Positions 1 to 10,027 of a stretch of DNA of 64,000 nt are shown here, piece after piece; positions within the stretch are counted from its first letter, which is position 1, and the number at the start of each line of letters is the position of its first letter. The notes beneath the pieces are model-generated. The model had not been told where the DNA came from. It saw only the letters and a program-made list of their open reading frames with translations, and searched no databases. The translations under genes and the position numbers were made by a program. This DNA comes from Gammaproteobacteria bacterium (lineage in GTDB: Bacteria > Pseudomonadota > Gammaproteobacteria > CBDBNL01 > JAAOII01), in assembly GCA_965209035.1 (NCBI GenBank), contig OZ242372.1, positions 1,824,001 to 1,888,000 on the forward strand, in the 5' to 3' direction.

Positions 1-486
1 GAAAAACTACCCAATCATCCCTTGTATGTGATGCTGGATTCGGTGACCGACCCACAAAACTTTGGCGCCTGTTTGCGTTGCGCGGTTGCCTTTGGCAGCA
101 GGGGGGTAATTTTCGCGCGAGATAATTCTGCTCCAATTAATCCCGTTTGTTGTAAGGCCTCCGCAGGGATGATTGAATGGGTGCGATTGATCCGGGTGCC
201 GAATCTGGCGCGCGCTATGACAGAACTGCAACAAAAAAACTATTGGGCGATTGCCGCGGACAGCACGGAGGGGCAAACGCCGGAAAGCTTGGATCTTGTC
301 GGTCCCTTGTTGCTTATTTTAGGATCCGAGGACAAGGGGGTTCGCAGTGGCCTGATCAAGCGGGCGGATTTTCAACTCCGCATCCCGCTCTGTTCGCCCG
401 CGGAAAGTTTAAATGTTGCCACAGCGTCTGCCGTTTGCATGTCCGCCATTCGCTCCCGGCAACGACTGAGCAAGATGCCCGACTAA
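1..486 (+). CDS. rlmB: TrmH/SpoU family rRNA methyltransferase (23S rRNA Gm2251, RlmB-like), 5'-truncated by window edge
   Basis: Frame open from base 1; motifs LDSVTDPQNFGACLR, LILGSEDKG, ESLNVATA typical of SPOUT/TrmH family. Confidence 0.85.
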   Translation, partial: EKLPNHPLYVMLDSVTDPQNFGACLRCAVAFGSRGVIFARDNSAPINPVCCKASAGMIEWVRLIRVPNLARAMTELQQKNYWAIAADSTEGQTPESLDLVGPLLLILGSEDKGVRSGLIKRADFQLRIPLCSPAESLNVATASAVCMSAIRSRQRLSKMPD

Positions 487-649
487 GAACTTGCGTTCTC
501 ATTTTCCGTTCGGACCCGTTTCGTGCAGATCACACAAGCATTGTTTGTTTGAGCGCGATATTTTTAAGACCGAGACGGTAAACGGCTCATAGCGGAAAGT
601 GGTGTTCATTAATGAAGTAAAATTAATCTCTGTGGATCATCATTTAAGT

Positions 650-678
650 TTGACCCGCTTTTATTCCGGTTGTATAAT
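650..678 (+). promoter_or_regulatory. sigma70-type promoter for tRNA-Ser
   Basis: TTGACC (650-655), 17-bp spacer, TATAAT (673-678), 10 bp before tRNA 5' end. Confidence 0.7.
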
Positions 679-688
679 TTTTCAAAAG

Positions 689-776
689 GGAGAGGTGCCT
701 GAGCGGTTGAAAGGGCACGCCTGGAAAGCGTGTATATGGGTTTACTGTATCGAGGGTTCGAATCCCTCCCTCTCCG
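689..776 (+). tRNA. tRNA-Ser(GGA)
   Basis: GGAGAGG/CCTCTCC acceptor stem, anticodon arm CACGC-CT-GGA-AA-GCGTG, long variable arm, GTTCGAATC T-loop; no encoded CCA. Confidence 0.96.
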
Positions 777-1018
777 TTGTTTTTGCGTATCACCAAGGTC
801 GGATGTTCGGGCAATGTTGGAATGGTCTTGGCTTAGTTGCGCGTTCTGCCGGATAGTTACCGGAGGGTATGGGCAGTGTCTCATCTCACAAAGGTTTTGG
901 ACTCGGGGGGCATTGACATTATTGAGATTGGGCATTGATTGTGCGTCCTCAGATCCAAGAGCCGGTGCGAAAAACAGAAAAAACCGAAGCCGGGCGGGAT
1001 GATACAACCGATTTTATC

Positions 1019-1105
1019 GGAGAGTTGCCGGAGCGGTTGAACGGGACGGTCTCGAAAACCGTTATGCTCGCAAGAGCATCGAGGGTTCGAATCCCTCACT
1101 CTCCG
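1019..1105 (+). tRNA. tRNA-Ser(CGA)
   Basis: GGAGAGT/ACTCTCC acceptor stem, ACGGT-CT-CGA-AA-ACCGT anticodon arm, variable arm ATGCTC-GCAA-GAGCAT, T-loop GTTCGAATC. Confidence 0.96.
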
Positions 1106-1283
1106 TCGAGTTTGGGTCGCCCGGTAAGCGGTGATTCCGGATGGCAGATATTCCTTTTTACTCTATGCGATTGACGCGGTTGCAAATTGTTGGGACATTC
1201 CGCTTAATTAACTTAAAAGAACTAAAATATCGCTGATTTTTGGTGTTCCTGAGCACCCTTATTTATAAAATTTTGAAAGTATA

Positions 1284-3254
1284 ATGCATTTAAGTATGAA
1301 AAATGAAAAGAGAAAAGATATTGCGTTGTTTAATTTTTTATTAGAACAAAGAGCTTTTTTCAATGAATGGGAAGTTAATAAAACAGAAAATAAACAAGTC
1401 CAAGCGATCTTAGACAAGGCAAGTAAAAGGAATACGGGTAACAGAGGAGAACCGGATTTGATTTATGTTAATGAGCACAAAAGATTATTAATTTTAATTG
1501 AAAATAAAGATTCAGTAACCGCACATGTTACAAAGAATAGACCGGACCCAACTATCTATGCCGTAGACGGAGCAAAGCATTATTTAAAATTCTTTACACA
1601 AAAAGAGTTAGAAAAATTGGAAGAGACTCAAAAAAACTATTTTAAGAATTGGAAAATTTTGGGGTTGGCTGTTTCAGGAGATATTGATGATGTTTATATG
1701 CATAGAATAGATACTTTTTTTATAAAAGAGGGTGAGGTTTTAAGTTTAAATAATAATTCAATTTTGAATGAAGACGAGTATATAGCATTATTTGAAAACA
1801 TAGATGTTGAAAAAATAATTGAAAGAATTTCCAAATCATCAAACAACATAAATCAATTATTGCGAAACATAGACAGCCAAAAAAGGCCAATAGTTTTAAG
1901 TTCGCTAATGATTTGTTTATTTGATAATAAAGATTTTCAAAATGATTTTAAAGACAATTTTATGAGTTACAGACCTGCAACAATTATTACCAACATACCA
2001 AACACAGTAGACGTTGTTTTAGAAGCCGAGAATTTGCCAAAAGACAAGATTCAAGTTTTAAAAAATCAATTTGCATCTGCTATTCAAGATGATGCAGATA
2101 TTAAAAATACTGATCTATTAAAAGATATTTTAATAGAATTACAAAATAATGTTATTCCGTTATTTAAAACAAATACAAACTATGATATTATTGGAAAATT
2201 TTATGAAGAATTTCTTAAATATGCGGGTGTTACAAACATAAAGAATGGAATTGTCCTAACGCCGAGACATATAACCGAATTATTTACCGAACTGACCGAT
2301 ATTAAATTGGATGATGTCATTTTTGACCCAACTTGCGGAACAGGTGCTTTTCTTGTAAGCGGAATGAACAAAATATTGGAAGCGATAAACACTTCAAAAA
2401 TAAAAGACAAGCAAAAATTAAGAGATTCAGTAAAGGAAAAACAGCTCTTGGGAATTGAAAAGAACCCAACAATGTTTGCTTTGTCGGTATCAAATATGTT
2501 GTTTAGGGGTGATGGAAAATCTCGCATACATAACATAGACTTCTTTTCCGATGAAGCGGATCGTATTATTAATAAAATAAAACCAACAATAGGTTTTATG
2601 AACCCGCCTTACGGGGGGTTAGATAGTAAGAAGAAAAACCCCACAAAAAAAGAAATACAATTTTTGTGTAAATTATTAGATTCTTGTAGTCGGTATGTTG
2701 TTATCATTTCTCCGTTGTCGGTGTATTTTAAAGAAGCGGGTATAAGGAATTCTATTTTAGAAAAGCACACTTTGAAATGTGTAATCAACATGCCAAAAGA
2801 ATTGTTTCAACCAAACGCCTCTACTCATACGGCAATAGCGGTTTTTGAGACAAACAAACCACACAAGGGTAAAGAAGTTTTACTGTATGATTTAAAAGAT
2901 GACGGTTTTGTTTTGTCCAAACACAAAGGAAGGACCGATGTTTTAAACAAATGGAACTCAATAAAGAAAAAACTTTTCAAGGAGTTAGAAGAACCGGATA
3001 AATATACGGATACTCATCATTTTGTTAAAACAAAAATTCACAATGAAGATGAATGGATTATTCAGGCTCATTCCAAAACAGATTATTCAAGGTTAGACGA
3101 AAAAAATTTTTTAGATTCCATAAAAGAGTATATTATTTTTAAAACTAAAAAAGATATGAATTTATTGGATAAAGATTTAAATGAATTGGATATTATAGAG
3201 ATATTAAATAATTCCGGAATAGATGGCGAAACATTTTTTGAAAACGGAGACTAG
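1284..3254 (+). CDS. BcgI-like (Type IIB/IIG) fused restriction endonuclease-N6 adenine methyltransferase subunit
   Basis: N-terminal PD-x-E-x-K motif (EPDLIY...LIENK), MTase motifs LTPRHI, FDPTCGTGAF, MNPPY; AT-rich; followed by an S subunit. Confidence 0.85.
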   Translation: MHLSMKNEKRKDIALFNFLLEQRAFFNEWEVNKTENKQVQAILDKASKRNTGNRGEPDLIYVNEHKRLLILIENKDSVTAHVTKNRPDPTIYAVDGAKHYLKFFTQKELEKLEETQKNYFKNWKILGLAVSGDIDDVYMHRIDTFFIKEGEVLSLNNNSILNEDEYIALFENIDVEKIIERISKSSNNINQLLRNIDSQKRPIVLSSLMICLFDNKDFQNDFKDNFMSYRPATIITNIPNTVDVVLEAENLPKDKIQVLKNQFASAIQDDADIKNTDLLKDILIELQNNVIPLFKTNTNYDIIGKFYEEFLKYAGVTNIKNGIVLTPRHITELFTELTDIKLDDVIFDPTCGTGAFLVSGMNKILEAINTSKIKDKQKLRDSVKEKQLLGIEKNPTMFALSVSNMLFRGDGKSRIHNIDFFSDEADRIINKIKPTIGFMNPPYGGLDSKKKNPTKKEIQFLCKLLDSCSRYVVIISPLSVYFKEAGIRNSILEKHTLKCVINMPKELFQPNASTHTAIAVFETNKPHKGKEVLLYDLKDDGFVLSKHKGRTDVLNKWNSIKKKLFKELEEPDKYTDTHHFVKTKIHNEDEWIIQAHSKTDYSRLDEKNFLDSIKEYIIFKTKKDMNLLDKDLNELDIIEILNNSGIDGETFFENGD

Positions 3255-3263
3255 GGTACTAGT

Positions 3264-4205
3264 ATGAAAAATTTAAATTTAGAAAATTGGATGGCTTTTG
3301 AGATTCATGAAATTTTTGATATTAGGAAAGGAGAAAGATTGATTAAACAAGAAAGAATATCCGGCACAACTCCTTTGGTTGTTGCGAGTTCAAAAAATAA
3401 TGGTATTGTAGAATTTGTAGATTTTGATGTTTATAAAGAAAAGAAACAAATTTTTGAAAATGTGATTAGCATTGACATGTTTTTTAATGTTTTTTATCAA
3501 AAAGAGCCATTTTTCTGTGATGATAACGTTCATTGCCTAACTCTAAAATGTAATCAGAAATTAAATGAAAAATTGGCATTATTTTTGATATCTGTTTTAA
3601 AAGTTAATGCGAGTAAGTATGATTTTGGAAGACAATTGAGATTAAAAAGGTTGAATGAAGAATATATAAAATTACCAACAGATGAAAAAGGAAACCCGGA
3701 TTTGGATTTTATGGAAAATTGTATTAAAGATTTTTCAGTGAAAATAAAATATGGTAGGAGTTTAAATTTTATAGATACGGGACTATTAAAAAAATTAAAA
3801 TATGGGGGAGATACATGTGTCCATCCGAGGATTCCGGGCGTAAAAAAAGATGTTTACGCAATATACGCAAGAGCAAAATTAATTGAAACCTTGGCACCGG
3901 ACGCTTCTGCTGTCCTCGCTCGAAAATGCTTGGAATCCATGATCCTGGATTTTCATAAGATAGAAAGATTAAAAACTACAGCCGATGGTAAAACTAAAAA
4001 TAAAACTCTTGCTGATATGATAAAAGAAATAGAATCTCGTATTGATATTCAAATAAAAGATGCTTTCGAAAATTTATGCAAAGTGGGTAATATGAGCGTG
4101 CATATGGAAGAACCATCAAATATCATCCAAGACGACATTAATCCGGAAGAAGCAAAAACCTTGCTGGACTTAATTGAAGTTCTCTTCCAAGAGTGGTATC
4201 AATAA
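3264..4205 (+). CDS. R-M specificity (S) subunit with single TRD fused to C-terminal DUF4145 (HEPN-like) domain
   Basis: N-half WMAFEIHEIFDIRKGERL...GTTPLVVASSKNNG...IKLPTDEKGNPDLDFMENCIK (TRD plus conserved region); C-half ASAVLARKCLESMILDF...GNMSVHME...EAKTLLDLIEVLFQEWY resembles DUF4145. Confidence 0.7.
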   Translation: MKNLNLENWMAFEIHEIFDIRKGERLIKQERISGTTPLVVASSKNNGIVEFVDFDVYKEKKQIFENVISIDMFFNVFYQKEPFFCDDNVHCLTLKCNQKLNEKLALFLISVLKVNASKYDFGRQLRLKRLNEEYIKLPTDEKGNPDLDFMENCIKDFSVKIKYGRSLNFIDTGLLKKLKYGGDTCVHPRIPGVKKDVYAIYARAKLIETLAPDASAVLARKCLESMILDFHKIERLKTTADGKTKNKTLADMIKEIESRIDIQIKDAFENLCKVGNMSVHMEEPSNIIQDDINPEEAKTLLDLIEVLFQEWYQ

Positions 4206-4837
4206 AAACATAACAAAAAAGAACGCTTAAAAAACCGGGTAATATCTTGAATAAGAAAAACCAATAAACATCACTATCACTTAATTACTCAACGCAAACT
4301 AATTAAGAATCACAAAAAGAAAGCGGCCATCATGACTCCTATTTTTTACCGTTGTTATTCTCTCAATATAAACTATCGTTGCTACTTGGAGAACATCCTA
4401 CTTCTAAGACATCCGCATCCTCAATCTTCCCGGTAATCCGTTTTCTCTGAACAACATACCGGTGCTTGAGGAACGAGAACCCCGTTCCATTTTTATGAAC
4501 TTTTTATCCGGTGTTCCCGGATTTCGGAAATACTTGACAGATACTTGCCGGATATCTAGAATATGTTTGACCGATACTTGAACGACTTAATGTTAATTCG
4601 TGCGGGTAATCGGAACAAGAACATACTTTGTTTTCTTTGATGCCGTCCCGATGTTTGGGGGCAGAAATGCCAGGCCTTGGCGGGCATGCCCAAAATGCCA
4701 CAAACACCGTAAATATCACAAACGCCAAAATAATGTAAAATAATATGATGTGTGTGGTTCCGTTCGTTCATTAATAATGATGCTGCTACTTGAACCTCCG
4801 CAAACGCTATTTTTATTTGATAAGAAAGGACAGATAT

Positions 4838-5851
4838 ATGAGTGAACAACAATTTGGTTGGGGGCTAATTGGGGCAAGTACCATCGCTTCCGAATGGATG
4901 ATCGGTGCAATCAACGCCCAAAAAGGGAATCGGTGTGTCGGCGTTTTTAGCTCGAATCCGCAACGCGGACGGGATTATGCCGCCAAAAACGGCATGGCAA
5001 AACATTATGAGAACTTGGATGCTCTCTTGGCGGACGAAGAAGTCCGGGCGGTTTACATTTCCACGACCAACGAACTGCACAAAGAACAATGTCTGCGGGC
5101 GGCGGCGGCCGGCAAGCATGTTTTGTGTGAAAAACCCTTGGCAATGTCCGTGGCGGATGCGACGGACATGGTGAGAGCCTGCGAGAAGGCCGAGGTGGTC
5201 ATGGCAACCAACCACCATTTGCGTAACGCCGCTTCGCATTTGAAGATTAAAGAACTGACGGATGCGGGTGAAATCGGCGAGGTGATTGCCGCACGTGTTT
5301 TTCATGCGGCTTACTTGCCGGTACATTTGCAAGGATGGCGGTTGGAACGGCCGGATGCCGGCGGCGGTGTCATCCCGGATATTACGGTGCATGATGCGGA
5401 TACGCTAAGGTTTCACTTGGACGAGGACCCGGAGGAGGTGGTTGCCTTGGAACAGAATACGGGCATGGGTAAAAACAAATTGGAGGACGGCGCGATGAGC
5501 GTGATGCGTTTTCCTTCCGGTGTCATCGCCCAGACACACGAATCGTTTGCCGTGCGTTATGCCGGCAGCGGTTTTGAATTGCACGGGACGCGCGGCAGTA
5601 TTATGGCAACAGGCGTGATGACTCAGCAACCCAAAGGTAAAATTCGCCTCATTAATGAACAGGGCGAGCGGCCGGTTGAATATGCCCCGCACAATCTTTA
5701 CGAGAGATCCTTGCGTTTGTTTGCGGCTGCGATGTGCGGCCAAGGCCGGCCGGCCGCGGACGGCACGGACGGCGTTAAGTCGCTTGCGGTGGCGTTGGCC
5801 GTCAAAGAGTCTTGCCAAACTGGCAAGGCTGTTCGGGTTCGTTATTCGTGA
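4838..5851 (+). CDS. Gfo/Idh/MocA oxidoreductase, 1,5-anhydro-D-fructose reductase-like
   Basis: WGLIGASTIA, GKHVLCEKPLA, DITVHDAD; AAGGA RBS before ATG 4838. Confidence 0.85.
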   Translation: MSEQQFGWGLIGASTIASEWMIGAINAQKGNRCVGVFSSNPQRGRDYAAKNGMAKHYENLDALLADEEVRAVYISTTNELHKEQCLRAAAAGKHVLCEKPLAMSVADATDMVRACEKAEVVMATNHHLRNAASHLKIKELTDAGEIGEVIAARVFHAAYLPVHLQGWRLERPDAGGGVIPDITVHDADTLRFHLDEDPEEVVALEQNTGMGKNKLEDGAMSVMRFPSGVIAQTHESFAVRYAGSGFELHGTRGSIMATGVMTQQPKGKIRLINEQGERPVEYAPHNLYERSLRLFAAAMCGQGRPAADGTDGVKSLAVALAVKESCQTGKAVRVRYS

Positions 5852-7443
5852 AGAAACTCGTTTCCGCGGGACAAGCGGCTTCTTTTATTAAAGACCGGGC
5901 GGTTTTAACCGTCTCTTCGTCTTCCGGCCTGGGATGCCCGGATGCTTTGCTAAGCGCACTGGGAAACAGGTACCGAAAGGAAAATGCTCCAAACGCGCTC
6001 ACCTCGATCCATCCTATTGCGGCCGGCGACATGTATGGTATTAAAGGCATAGACCATATCGCACAGCCGGGGCTATTGGAACGAGCCATTGCCGGCTCCT
6101 ATCCCAGCGGCCCTTCGTCCTTGCCGATGCCGGCAATTTGGCGGATGATTACCGAGGATCGATTAGCGGGATACAATTTGCCATCCGGGATTCTCTTTGA
6201 TATGCATCGGGAGGCGGCGCGCGGCGGCCCCGGTGTTTTAACTCGGGTGGGTCTCGATACCTATGTGGATCCAAAACTCGAAGGCGGGGCGATGAATGCC
6301 AAGGCGGCCGCGGCTCCTTTAATGCGGCGCGTGACATTTGAAGGCGAGGAATGGTTATTCTTGCCGGTGATTCGTCCCAATGTGGCATTTATCCGGGCGA
6401 CCACGGCGGATACGCACGGCAACCTAACCTATGAACACGAGGGGGCTGTTCTTGGCGCTTTGGATCAGGCAATTGCGGTTCGCAACAACGGGGGAGTGGT
6501 TATCGCGCAGGTCAAACGCCTGGCCGAGCGCGGCAGTTTGAATACCCGGGATGTGCATGTCCCCGGCCATCTGGTGGATCATGTCGTGTTGGACGGGGAG
6601 CAGCGTCAAACAACGCAGACCGATTACAACCCCGCGATTTCGGGCGAAGTGCGTGTCCCCTGGGAGAAACTGGAAACACATTTGCCTTATGGTGTGGAAA
6701 AGGTGATTGCCCGCCGTGCGGCGACGGAGTTGAGCGTGGGAGATGTAGCCAACCTCGGTTTTGGCATTTCGGCGACAGTTCCTTATATCCTTGCCGAGGA
6801 GGGGATGCCTCTGGCGGTCACCTGGGTGATTGAACAGGGGGCGGTCGGCGGTTTGCCGGCATTGGATTTTGCTTTCGGTTGTGCTTCCAATGCGGATGCG
6901 ATTATCCCAAGTCCCAGTCAGTTTAATTTCTTCCAAGGCGGCGGGTTTGATTTTTCGTTTCTGTCTTTCTTGGAAGTGGATACGCACGGCAATGTGAATG
7001 TTTCCAAACTGGCAAAGCGCCCTTACCTGACTGCCGGCTGTGGCGGGTTTGTGGATATCACGAGTAATGCGCGCAACCTGGTGTTTGGCGGTCTTTTTGC
7101 CGCGGGGGCGGATCTCACCGTGAGTCCCAAAGGGGTCCGCGTCAACAAACAGGGCAAGTTCGCAAAATTTGTTGAAAAAGTAGAGCAGGTTTCTTTTTCC
7201 GGGAAACGGGCTGCGGAACTCGGGCAGAATGTTCTCTATGTTACCGAGCGTTGTGTGATGAAACTCACTCCGGCGGGATTGGTGATTATCGAGAAGGCGC
7301 CGGGTATCGATCTAAAGAAAGATGTTTTGGAACAGATGCGTGCCGATGTTAAGGTGGCGGACGAGATCAAAGATATGCCTCTTTCACTTTTTGGCGAGGG
7401 GCGAGTTGGTCTTTCTCTTGCGTCCTCGTCCGGTTCAAAATAA
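5848..7443 (+). CDS. acyl-CoA:acetate/3-ketoacid CoA-transferase (YdiF-like, fused alpha/beta)
   Basis: GVLTRVGLDTYVDP, NLGFGI, WVIEQG, GCGGFVDIT, YVTERCV; GTG start overlaps upstream stop (GTGA). Confidence 0.85.
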   Translation: MKKLVSAGQAASFIKDRAVLTVSSSSGLGCPDALLSALGNRYRKENAPNALTSIHPIAAGDMYGIKGIDHIAQPGLLERAIAGSYPSGPSSLPMPAIWRMITEDRLAGYNLPSGILFDMHREAARGGPGVLTRVGLDTYVDPKLEGGAMNAKAAAAPLMRRVTFEGEEWLFLPVIRPNVAFIRATTADTHGNLTYEHEGAVLGALDQAIAVRNNGGVVIAQVKRLAERGSLNTRDVHVPGHLVDHVVLDGEQRQTTQTDYNPAISGEVRVPWEKLETHLPYGVEKVIARRAATELSVGDVANLGFGISATVPYILAEEGMPLAVTWVIEQGAVGGLPALDFAFGCASNADAIIPSPSQFNFFQGGGFDFSFLSFLEVDTHGNVNVSKLAKRPYLTAGCGGFVDITSNARNLVFGGLFAAGADLTVSPKGVRVNKQGKFAKFVEKVEQVSFSGKRAAELGQNVLYVTERCVMKLTPAGLVIIEKAPGIDLKKDVLEQMRADVKVADEIKDMPLSLFGEGRVGLSLASSSGSK

Positions 7444-7463
7444 GTTTAAACCGGTACACAGAC

Positions 7464-8249
7464 ATGCCCGCCCAATCTTCCGTTTTACGTACCGAGAGAA
7501 AAGAAAACGCCTTGGTGGCGGTTATTGATAACCCGAAGCGAGCCAATGTCTTAACGAGAGAGGCATTGCAAAGGTTGGAGGAATTGACAGATGAGTTGGA
7601 TGCGGACAAAGATCTGCGTGCGATGATCATTACGGGTAGCGGCGACAAGGTCTTTTGTGCCGGTGCGGATATCGGTGAGTGGTCATCCATGTCGCCGCGT
7701 GACTATGCGAACGAGTGGATTGGTTTGGGACATCGCGTTTTTGGCAGGCTGGCACATGCCGCCAAGCCGGTGATCGCGGCGATTAATGGCCATACTTTTG
7801 GCGGCGGTCTGGAACTTGCGGCCGCGTGTGATTTGCGAGTTGCGGTACGCGATAAGTTGTTCGGCTTGCCCGAACTCTCTCTGGGGATCATCCCCGGCTG
7901 GTCCGGCACACAGCGTCTGGCACGCGAACTGCCGCCGGCTCTGTTGCGGGAGATGCTTTTTACCGGCTTTCGTCCGAATACCGCCAGGATGCGCCAACAC
8001 GGGTTTGTCAATACGGAGACGGAAGCCGGTCAGGCACTCGAAGTGGCACTGGCGATGGTTCGCAATATTGCCGAACTTGCCCCCGTAGCGGTGGAAACCG
8101 CAAAGAAGGCTGTCGGGCTTGCAATGGGTGAAAATAAGGAGATGTTGGCGGAGATGCTTGCCGGCGGCTTGGTTGCCGCGACCTATGATGCAAAGCACGG
8201 CACGGAATCTTTTAAGAATAAACAGACGCCGGCTTGGAAGGGTGAATAG
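7464..8249 (+). CDS. enoyl-CoA hydratase/isomerase family protein
   Basis: FCAGADI, AAINGHTFGGGLELAAACDLR, FGLPE, PGWSGTQRL. Confidence 0.88.
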   Translation: MPAQSSVLRTERKENALVAVIDNPKRANVLTREALQRLEELTDELDADKDLRAMIITGSGDKVFCAGADIGEWSSMSPRDYANEWIGLGHRVFGRLAHAAKPVIAAINGHTFGGGLELAAACDLRVAVRDKLFGLPELSLGIIPGWSGTQRLARELPPALLREMLFTGFRPNTARMRQHGFVNTETEAGQALEVALAMVRNIAELAPVAVETAKKAVGLAMGENKEMLAEMLAGGLVAATYDAKHGTESFKNKQTPAWKGE

Positions 8250-8290
8250 GCAAGGCGAATAAGCAAGTAGAATAAACGAAAGACATATAT

Positions 8291-9823
8291 ATGCCGGAAA
8301 GCTCTTTTAAGGATTGGAATATCTGCCATGGCGAAAGAATTCGCCCTCTGCCCGAAAAAATATTTACGGGCAAACTGTTAATCAACGGCGTCCGACAAAA
8401 CGCAAAGTCCGGCAAGATGTTTGAAACCCGAAGCCCCGCCCACGGCATTCCCGTTGGCAACTATGCGGAAGCGGGCACGGAAGATACGGATTTGGCAATG
8501 GCGGCTGCGCGCCATGCTTTTGACGAAGGACCCTGGCCGAAGATGTCGGGCAAGGACAGATCTGCTATTCTAAAAAGGGTTGCAGTTTTGATTTTAGAGA
8601 GAATCGAGGAGATTGCGTTTTACGAATCTTTGGAGAGCGGCAAGCCCATAGTGCAGGCAAGAGATGAGATTCAAATCGCCGCGGATCTGTGGGAATATGC
8701 GGCGGCACTTGCGCGGAGCGATCAAGGTGGCAGTCACAATAACCTGGGCGAAAATGTCCTGGGGTTAACAATCCGAGAGCCGGTCGGGGTGGTGGCAATG
8801 ATCATGCCTTGGAATTTTCCGCTTCTCATCGCCTGCCAAAAACTTCCGTTTGCTTTGGCGGCGGGATCTTGTTGTGTGCTAAAGCCATCCGAGTTAACTT
8901 CCGCCAGCACGGTAATGCTTGGTGATATTCTTCTTGCCGCCGACCTGCCGCCGGGTGTTGTGAATATATTGTTAGGCAAAGGAGACCCGGTCGGACAGGC
9001 AATGATTTCACATCCGCAGACGGATATGACCTCGTTCACCGGTTCCACCCAAGTGGGCAAGGCGGTATTGCGTGCATCCGCGGAGCGTATTAATCGCACC
9101 TCGTTGGAACTTGGTGGCAAAAACCCACAGGTCATTTTCCCGGACTGCGACTGGCAGGCCATGACAGATGCGGTCGTTTTTGGTATGTGTTTTAATGCGG
9201 GCGAGTGTTGTAACAGCGGTTCGCGTGCTCTTGTGCATCGGGATATAGCGGAGAGGTTTATTGAGGATGTGGTGAGTCTGGCGTGCAAGGTTCCTTTGGG
9301 GGATCCGTTGCATCCGTCTGTCAAGATGGGAGCCATCATTTCCAAGCAGCATTATGCCAAAATTACGGGCTATGTAAAGGAGGCAACTGAGAAGGGGGCG
9401 AGGGTTTGTCTGGGTGGAGACAGTATTCGGATTACGGGGGCGGACGGATTGTTTTATCCGCCGACGGTTCTCGCGGATCTTTCCGCGGACATGCCGGCGG
9501 TGCGCGAAGAAATTTTTGGTCCCGTTCTTTCGGTGATCCCTTTTGCCGATACGGAGGAGGCAATCCGTTTGGCAAATGACAGTCCTTACGGGCTTTCCGC
9601 GGGAGTTTGGAGTCGCGATATAGAAACCTGCATGCGGTTCGCCCGACAGGTAAAAGCCGGAACCGTCTGGGTGAACGGCTGGATGGATGGCTTTGCCGAG
9701 TTGCCTTTCGGCGGCTTTAAGACCAGCGGCTTGGGGCGCGAACTCGGCCATGCCGGACTGCACGAATTTCAAGAAACCAAGACCATTCAACTTCACGGAC
9801 CGGAGCGCGGACGCTGGTTATAA
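8291..9823 (+). CDS. NAD(P)-dependent aldehyde dehydrogenase
   Basis: PWNFP, FTGST, LELGGKNP, NAGECC catalytic Cys, EEIFGPV, PFGGFK. Confidence 0.92.
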   Translation: MPESSFKDWNICHGERIRPLPEKIFTGKLLINGVRQNAKSGKMFETRSPAHGIPVGNYAEAGTEDTDLAMAAARHAFDEGPWPKMSGKDRSAILKRVAVLILERIEEIAFYESLESGKPIVQARDEIQIAADLWEYAAALARSDQGGSHNNLGENVLGLTIREPVGVVAMIMPWNFPLLIACQKLPFALAAGSCCVLKPSELTSASTVMLGDILLAADLPPGVVNILLGKGDPVGQAMISHPQTDMTSFTGSTQVGKAVLRASAERINRTSLELGGKNPQVIFPDCDWQAMTDAVVFGMCFNAGECCNSGSRALVHRDIAERFIEDVVSLACKVPLGDPLHPSVKMGAIISKQHYAKITGYVKEATEKGARVCLGGDSIRITGADGLFYPPTVLADLSADMPAVREEIFGPVLSVIPFADTEEAIRLANDSPYGLSAGVWSRDIETCMRFARQVKAGTVWVNGWMDGFAELPFGGFKTSGLGRELGHAGLHEFQETKTIQLHGPERGRWL

Positions 9824-10027
9824 CCCGACTCCGCTCCGCGTCTATTCACTTTATTGAGTGTTGAGCGTCAGTTTTATTCAAAGCAAGTAAGGATGCGGCT
9901 TTTATACGGATGATGCCTGTGGGCGGCCGAATCAAGCAAGGCGAGTGCAAGTTGGTGACCGCATCCGGCATCACTCAACTTCAGAAATAGCTTCGGAAGA
10001 TTCTTTATCCTTTATAATAAAAAAAAT

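Noticed and set aside
599-1174. Short ORFs overlapping the two tRNA-Ser genes
   Set aside because: Shadow ORFs over tRNA sequence with no protein motifs
1106-4400. tRNA-anchored integrative element carrying the R-M pair
   Set aside because: AT-rich and tRNA-adjacent, but I found no integrase and no duplicated tRNA 3' end, so an att-bounded island is not supported
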